Sequence record: DRR378314_2799
Strand: one strand, 5' to 3'
DNA length: 20,000 bases
Made by a program: the position numbers and the translations under genes. The notes under the pieces were generated by a model. It searched no databases. It had not been told where the DNA came from and saw only the letters and a list, made by a program, of their open reading frames with translations. This document shows, piece after piece, positions 16,372 through 20,000 of this stretch. Within the stretch, counting starts at the first letter, position 1; every line of letters starts with the position of its first letter.

Positions 16372-17604
16372 CTAGCGAAAGAACTCCTGTACCATTTGAA
16401 TAGATTTCACCAATTCATCCACGTCCTGCTTGTTATTATAAAGCGCGAAGGACGCACGAACCGTTGATGGGACATCATAAAAATCCATCAGGGGTTGGGC
16501 GCAATGATGTCCGACCCGCACGGCAACACCCGCCTGATCTACGATCGTGCCAATATCATGGGGATGAATACCGTCCATCGTGAAAGACACGATGGCGGCT
16601 TTGGATTTGGCCTGCCCGATGATTTTCACATTGTTAAGCTGACCCAATTGTTCTGTTGCATAGGCCAGTAAGGATTGTTCGTGGGCCGCAATTGCATCAA
16701 AACCAATACCGTTGGCGTAATCAATTGCTGTGCCCAGGCCAATTGCCTGGACAATCGGCGGGGTGCCAGCTTCAAACTTGCTGTGTCCGGTGGCAAATGT
16801 GGTTTTCTCGAAAGTCACGCGATTGATCATATCGCCGCCGCCTTGATACGGCGGCATTTTCTCCAGCCAAGCTTCTTTGCCATAAAGAACGCCTATACCT
16901 GTTGGTGCAAACACCTTATGGCCAGTGAAGACGTAGAAATCTGCATCCAGATCCTGAACATCCACTTTCATATGGGGAATGGCTTGCGAGCCATCCACCA
17001 GAACCGGGATATCCCTGGCATGGGCCAACCGGATGATTTCCTTGATCGGCGTCACGGTACCAATTGCGTTGGACACATGTGTGATTGCAACGATCTTGGT
17101 CTTGTCACTGAGAAGCTTTTGATACTCCTCCATCAACAGGTCCCCATTTTCATCAATCGGAACAGCCTTGACCGTTGCGCCAACCCGTTCTGCAATCAGT
17201 TGCCATGGGACGATGTTAGAGTGATGCTCAAGGTAGGAGAGAAGGATTTCATCCCCTTCACCGATCGCCATCTGCCCAAAAGATTGAGCGACCAGATTAA
17301 TTGCTTCTGTTGTGCTTTTGGTGAAGATGATTTCATCCAGACTGGCCGCATTCAGGTGGGCGCGAACGGTCTCGCGCGCGCCCTCATAAAGTTCGGTCGA
17401 TTTCTGGCTGAGATAATGAACACCCCGGTGTACATTTGCATATGTCTGACTATAGGCTTTGGTGACTGCATCCAACACAACAGTCGGTTTCTGAGCAGAG
17501 GCGCCACTATCCAAAAAGGTCAGCCGTTTGCCATGGATCTCTTCCTTGAAAATGGGAAAGTCTTGGCGGATTTTCTCAACATCGAATGTGGTCATGTCAT
17601 TCAT
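16372..17604 (-). CDS. sufS: Cysteine desulfurase SufS
   Basis: LDSGASAQKP, ANVHRG, EHHSN, TGHK (PLP Lys) and RVGHHCA. ATG at 17604 overlaps the sufD stop (TGATG). Confidence 0.95.
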   Translation of the reverse strand: MNDMTTFDVEKIRQDFPIFKEEIHGKRLTFLDSGASAQKPTVVLDAVTKAYSQTYANVHRGVHYLSQKSTELYEGARETVRAHLNAASLDEIIFTKSTTEAINLVAQSFGQMAIGEGDEILLSYLEHHSNIVPWQLIAERVGATVKAVPIDENGDLLMEEYQKLLSDKTKIVAITHVSNAIGTVTPIKEIIRLAHARDIPVLVDGSQAIPHMKVDVQDLDADFYVFTGHKVFAPTGIGVLYGKEAWLEKMPPYQGGGDMINRVTFEKTTFATGHSKFEAGTPPIVQAIGLGTAIDYANGIGFDAIAAHEQSLLAYATEQLGQLNNVKIIGQAKSKAAIVSFTMDGIHPHDIGTIVDQAGVAVRVGHHCAQPLMDFYDVPSTVRASFALYNNKQDVDELVKSIQMVQEFFR

Positions 17605-18884
17605 CAGTCGCCTCGTGTTTCTGACAGCCATGAAGCCGCAAGCTGGGAGAAGAAGTTCCGGATATCTTCATTGTCAATTTCCTCCAGAACATCGCCAAGG
17701 AAGGCTTCAATCAGCATTTGGCGGGCAGTGTCTTTATGAATACCGCGGGCCATCATATAAAAAAGCGCGTCTTCATCCAATTCCCCGGATGTGGCGCCGT
17801 GACTGCATTTCACATCATCGGCATAGATTTCCAGCTCCGGCTTTACCGCAACCTGCGCGGTATCTGACAGCAATAACGCTTTGCTCAATTGGTCACCAGC
17901 TACCTTTTGGGCATCTTCATGAATATGGATCTTGCCTTGAAAAACGCCATGCGCCTTGCCATCCAGAACGCCTTTATAGATCTGCTTGCTCTCATTTTGT
18001 GGCACCAGATGCTCGGTCAGCGTGGTGGTGTCGCAATGTTGCTCTCCGCCAATCAGATAAGCTCCGTTCAATTCACTACTGACATCAGCGCCAATGATCC
18101 GGGTATGAAATTCGTTTCGCGACAGCTTTGCTCCAAGGGATAAGCTGAAGTTTGAATAGGTGGATCCTTTGGTCAGTTCAGCGTCGGTCAGCGCCAGATG
18201 ATAGGCATTTGTGCTTTCATTCTGGAGTTTATAATGAGACAGGTTTGCCGCCTCGCCAAGCATGACAGTTGTCACCGGATTCGAAAAGTAACTGCCGCTC
18301 CCTTCGTGAATTTCCAGGATAGTCAGGGAGCTGTTTTGGCCCATAATAATTCGGTTGCGAAGATGCCGCCCTTCGGTCCCAGCAGTGTTTTGAAATTTGA
18401 TGAGCAATGGGGCCTGCAGTTGCACCTCATCGTCCACAAAAAGACAGAATCCATCCTGCATATAGGCGGTATTCAAAAAATAAAGGGATCGATCCTCATT
18501 GTCGGGCAGGGAGATCGCCATATCCTTTTGCAGCTCTTCGGCAAAGGAGGTGATATGAACACCCTCTGGCAGGTTATCTAGTCGGCTGAGTTCTGGTGAA
18601 TAAACCCCATCAACAAACACCAGTTCCAACTCGCTTTTATAAACGGCGTTTGAAACTGCTGGGGCTCCATCATTGGCGACTTCGCCAAATTTTTTGGTAA
18701 ACTCGTTCAGGTTGGTGTAGCGCCATTCTTCAATCCGGCGATGCGGGAAATCTGCTTTTTCAAAACGCGCTAGGCCTGATTTACGCAATGTTTCGATATG
18801 CCGATTGCCTGCACCTGGTAAGGCGCCAAGTGCAGTGTCAAATCGGTCAAGATATTGCTGTGCGAGGGGTGATAAATTTTTCAT
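17604..18884 (-). CDS. sufD: Fe-S cluster assembly protein SufD
   Basis: EEWRYT, VFQGKI, KPELEIYADDVKCSHGA and FYMMARGI. Lies between sufC and sufS. Confidence 0.94.
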   Translation of the reverse strand: MKNLSPLAQQYLDRFDTALGALPGAGNRHIETLRKSGLARFEKADFPHRRIEEWRYTNLNEFTKKFGEVANDGAPAVSNAVYKSELELVFVDGVYSPELSRLDNLPEGVHITSFAEELQKDMAISLPDNEDRSLYFLNTAYMQDGFCLFVDDEVQLQAPLLIKFQNTAGTEGRHLRNRIIMGQNSSLTILEIHEGSGSYFSNPVTTVMLGEAANLSHYKLQNESTNAYHLALTDAELTKGSTYSNFSLSLGAKLSRNEFHTRIIGADVSSELNGAYLIGGEQHCDTTTLTEHLVPQNESKQIYKGVLDGKAHGVFQGKIHIHEDAQKVAGDQLSKALLLSDTAQVAVKPELEIYADDVKCSHGATSGELDEDALFYMMARGIHKDTARQMLIEAFLGDVLEEIDNEDIRNFFSQLAASWLSETRGD

Positions 18885-18926
18885 CTATTCGTCCTTGGTC
18901 GGAAAGGGGCAGGTATCTCGGGCGAG

Positions 18927-19670
18927 TTACGCCGCACTGATATCCGTGTATCCTTTTTCCTCCAGCTCCAACGCCAGGTTTTTATCCCCGGATTTCACGA
19001 TTTTACCATCGGCCAGCACATGAACAAAATCAGGGACAATGTAATCCAGAAGCCGTTGATAATGGGTAATAACCAATGCGGAACGTTCAGGAGAGCGCAG
19101 TCTGTTAACCCCATCCGCCGCAATTTTTAAGGCGTCGATATCCAGGCCACTATCTGTCTCATCCAGAACCATGAAATCTGGCTCCAGCAATGACATCTGC
19201 AAGACTTCGTTCCGCTTCTTCTCACCGCCGGAAAAGCCAACATTAACAGCCCGCTTCAACAGATCGTCTTTAATATCCAGCTCTTTGGTTTTTTCACGCA
19301 CCAATTTAAGGAACTGCATCGCATCCAGTTCCTCTTCGCCGCGGAATTTCCGCTGGGCATTGAGGGCTGTTTTCAGAAAAGTTGCAGAGGCAACACCCGG
19401 AATTTCTACCGGGTACTGGAACGCCAGAAAAACCCCGCGGCAGGCGCGTTCATCCGGGTCCATTTCCAAAAGGTTCTGCCCCTTGTAAGTGACGGTGCCA
19501 GAGGTCACGTCATAGCCTTCCCGTCCGGAGAGAACATAGGAGAGGGTACTTTTCCCTGCACCATTCGGTCCCATAACGGCATGGACTTCACCTGGATTAA
19601 TGGTGAGCGTGATGCCTTTTAAAATTTCTTTGCCATGAACAGTGGCGTAAAGGTCTTTAATTTCCAACAT
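18927..19670 (-). CDS. sufC: Fe-S cluster assembly ATPase SufC
   Basis: GPNGAGKST, AFQYPVEIPGV, FSGGEKKR, LDETDSGLDID and ITHYQRLL. Confidence 0.97.
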   Translation of the reverse strand: MLEIKDLYATVHGKEILKGITLTINPGEVHAVMGPNGAGKSTLSYVLSGREGYDVTSGTVTYKGQNLLEMDPDERACRGVFLAFQYPVEIPGVASATFLKTALNAQRKFRGEEELDAMQFLKLVREKTKELDIKDDLLKRAVNVGFSGGEKKRNEVLQMSLLEPDFMVLDETDSGLDIDALKIAADGVNRLRSPERSALVITHYQRLLDYIVPDFVHVLADGKIVKSGDKNLALELEEKGYTDISAA

Positions 19671-19726
19671 TTTGATCTAGCTCTTGATCCTGATAAATTC
19701 TAAACGAAGGTCCGCTGAAGGACCTG

Positions 19727-20000
19727 TTAGCCAACGCTGCCCTCTAAGCTGATCCCAACCAGCTTTTGGGCTTCAACCGCAAATTCCATCGGAAGCTTTT
19801 GCAGTACATCCTTGCAAAAGCCGTTTACAATCAACGCCATGCTTTCTTCTTCGGAAAGTCCGCGTTGCTGACAATAGAAAAGCTGTTCTTCGCTGACCTT
19901 GGAGGTGGTCGCTTCATGCTCGATCTTGGCGGACCGGTTCTGGTTTTCGATATAAGGAACGGTATGCGCCCCGCAGCGATCGCCGATCAGCAAACTGTCG
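19727..20000 (-). CDS. sufB: 3' end of Fe-S cluster assembly protein SufB (partial)
   Basis: AHTVPYIE...EHEATTSK...LFYCQQRG...LPMEFAVEA...SLEGSVG*. The frame continues beyond the window edge. Confidence 0.95.
   Translation of the reverse strand, partial: DSLLIGDRCGAHTVPYIENQNRSAKIEHEATTSKVSEEQLFYCQQRGLSEEESMALIVNGFCKDVLQKLPMEFAVEAQKLVGISLEGSVG

Noticed and set aside
16675-17739. 354-aa + strand ORF
   Set aside because: It is antisense to well-supported sufS/sufD and has no recognisable motifs, so it is a shadow ORF.
17528-18581. Further + strand ORFs (184, 84 and 127 aa) opposite sufD
   Set aside because: Antisense shadows with no protein-like features. The same applies to the other short track ORFs nested in or opposite called genes.
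1-20000. CRISPR arrays, tRNA/rRNA genes, IS elements, integrases, phage or defence genes
   Set aside because: No regularly spaced repeats, cloverleaf motifs or such protein signatures were seen by eye.

Overview
Bacterial chromosomal window, most likely from a moderate-GC alphaproteobacterium (inferred from gene content and protein style). Most of it is housekeeping or metabolic: the 5' stub of an MFS transporter, a fold-type IV PLP enzyme, a GMC oxidoreductase, a stand-alone Hpt protein, a VOC protein, an alpha/beta-hydrolase-sulfatase-nagA run, rluA, an acyl-CoA dehydrogenase, a REC-REC-GGDEF protein and the suf operon (sufB partial, sufC, D, S, U, T, A). The most unusual part is 1127-5204. 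It is a co-oriented cassette of three putative regulators (LuxR with a degenerate receiver, SARP/BTAD-TPR protein, orphan PAS-like protein) preceded by FNR-like and CtrA-like boxes. It ends in about 195 nt of four back-to-back hairpins that look like an unannotated structured RNA. Other notable points: the class IV PLP enzyme has a rearranged active site, an Hpt gene remnant at 11625-11774 is missing from the ORF track, and all three receiver domains in the window lack the phospho-acceptor Asp. All calls come from reading motifs and pairing bases by eye; no searches or folding programs were run.
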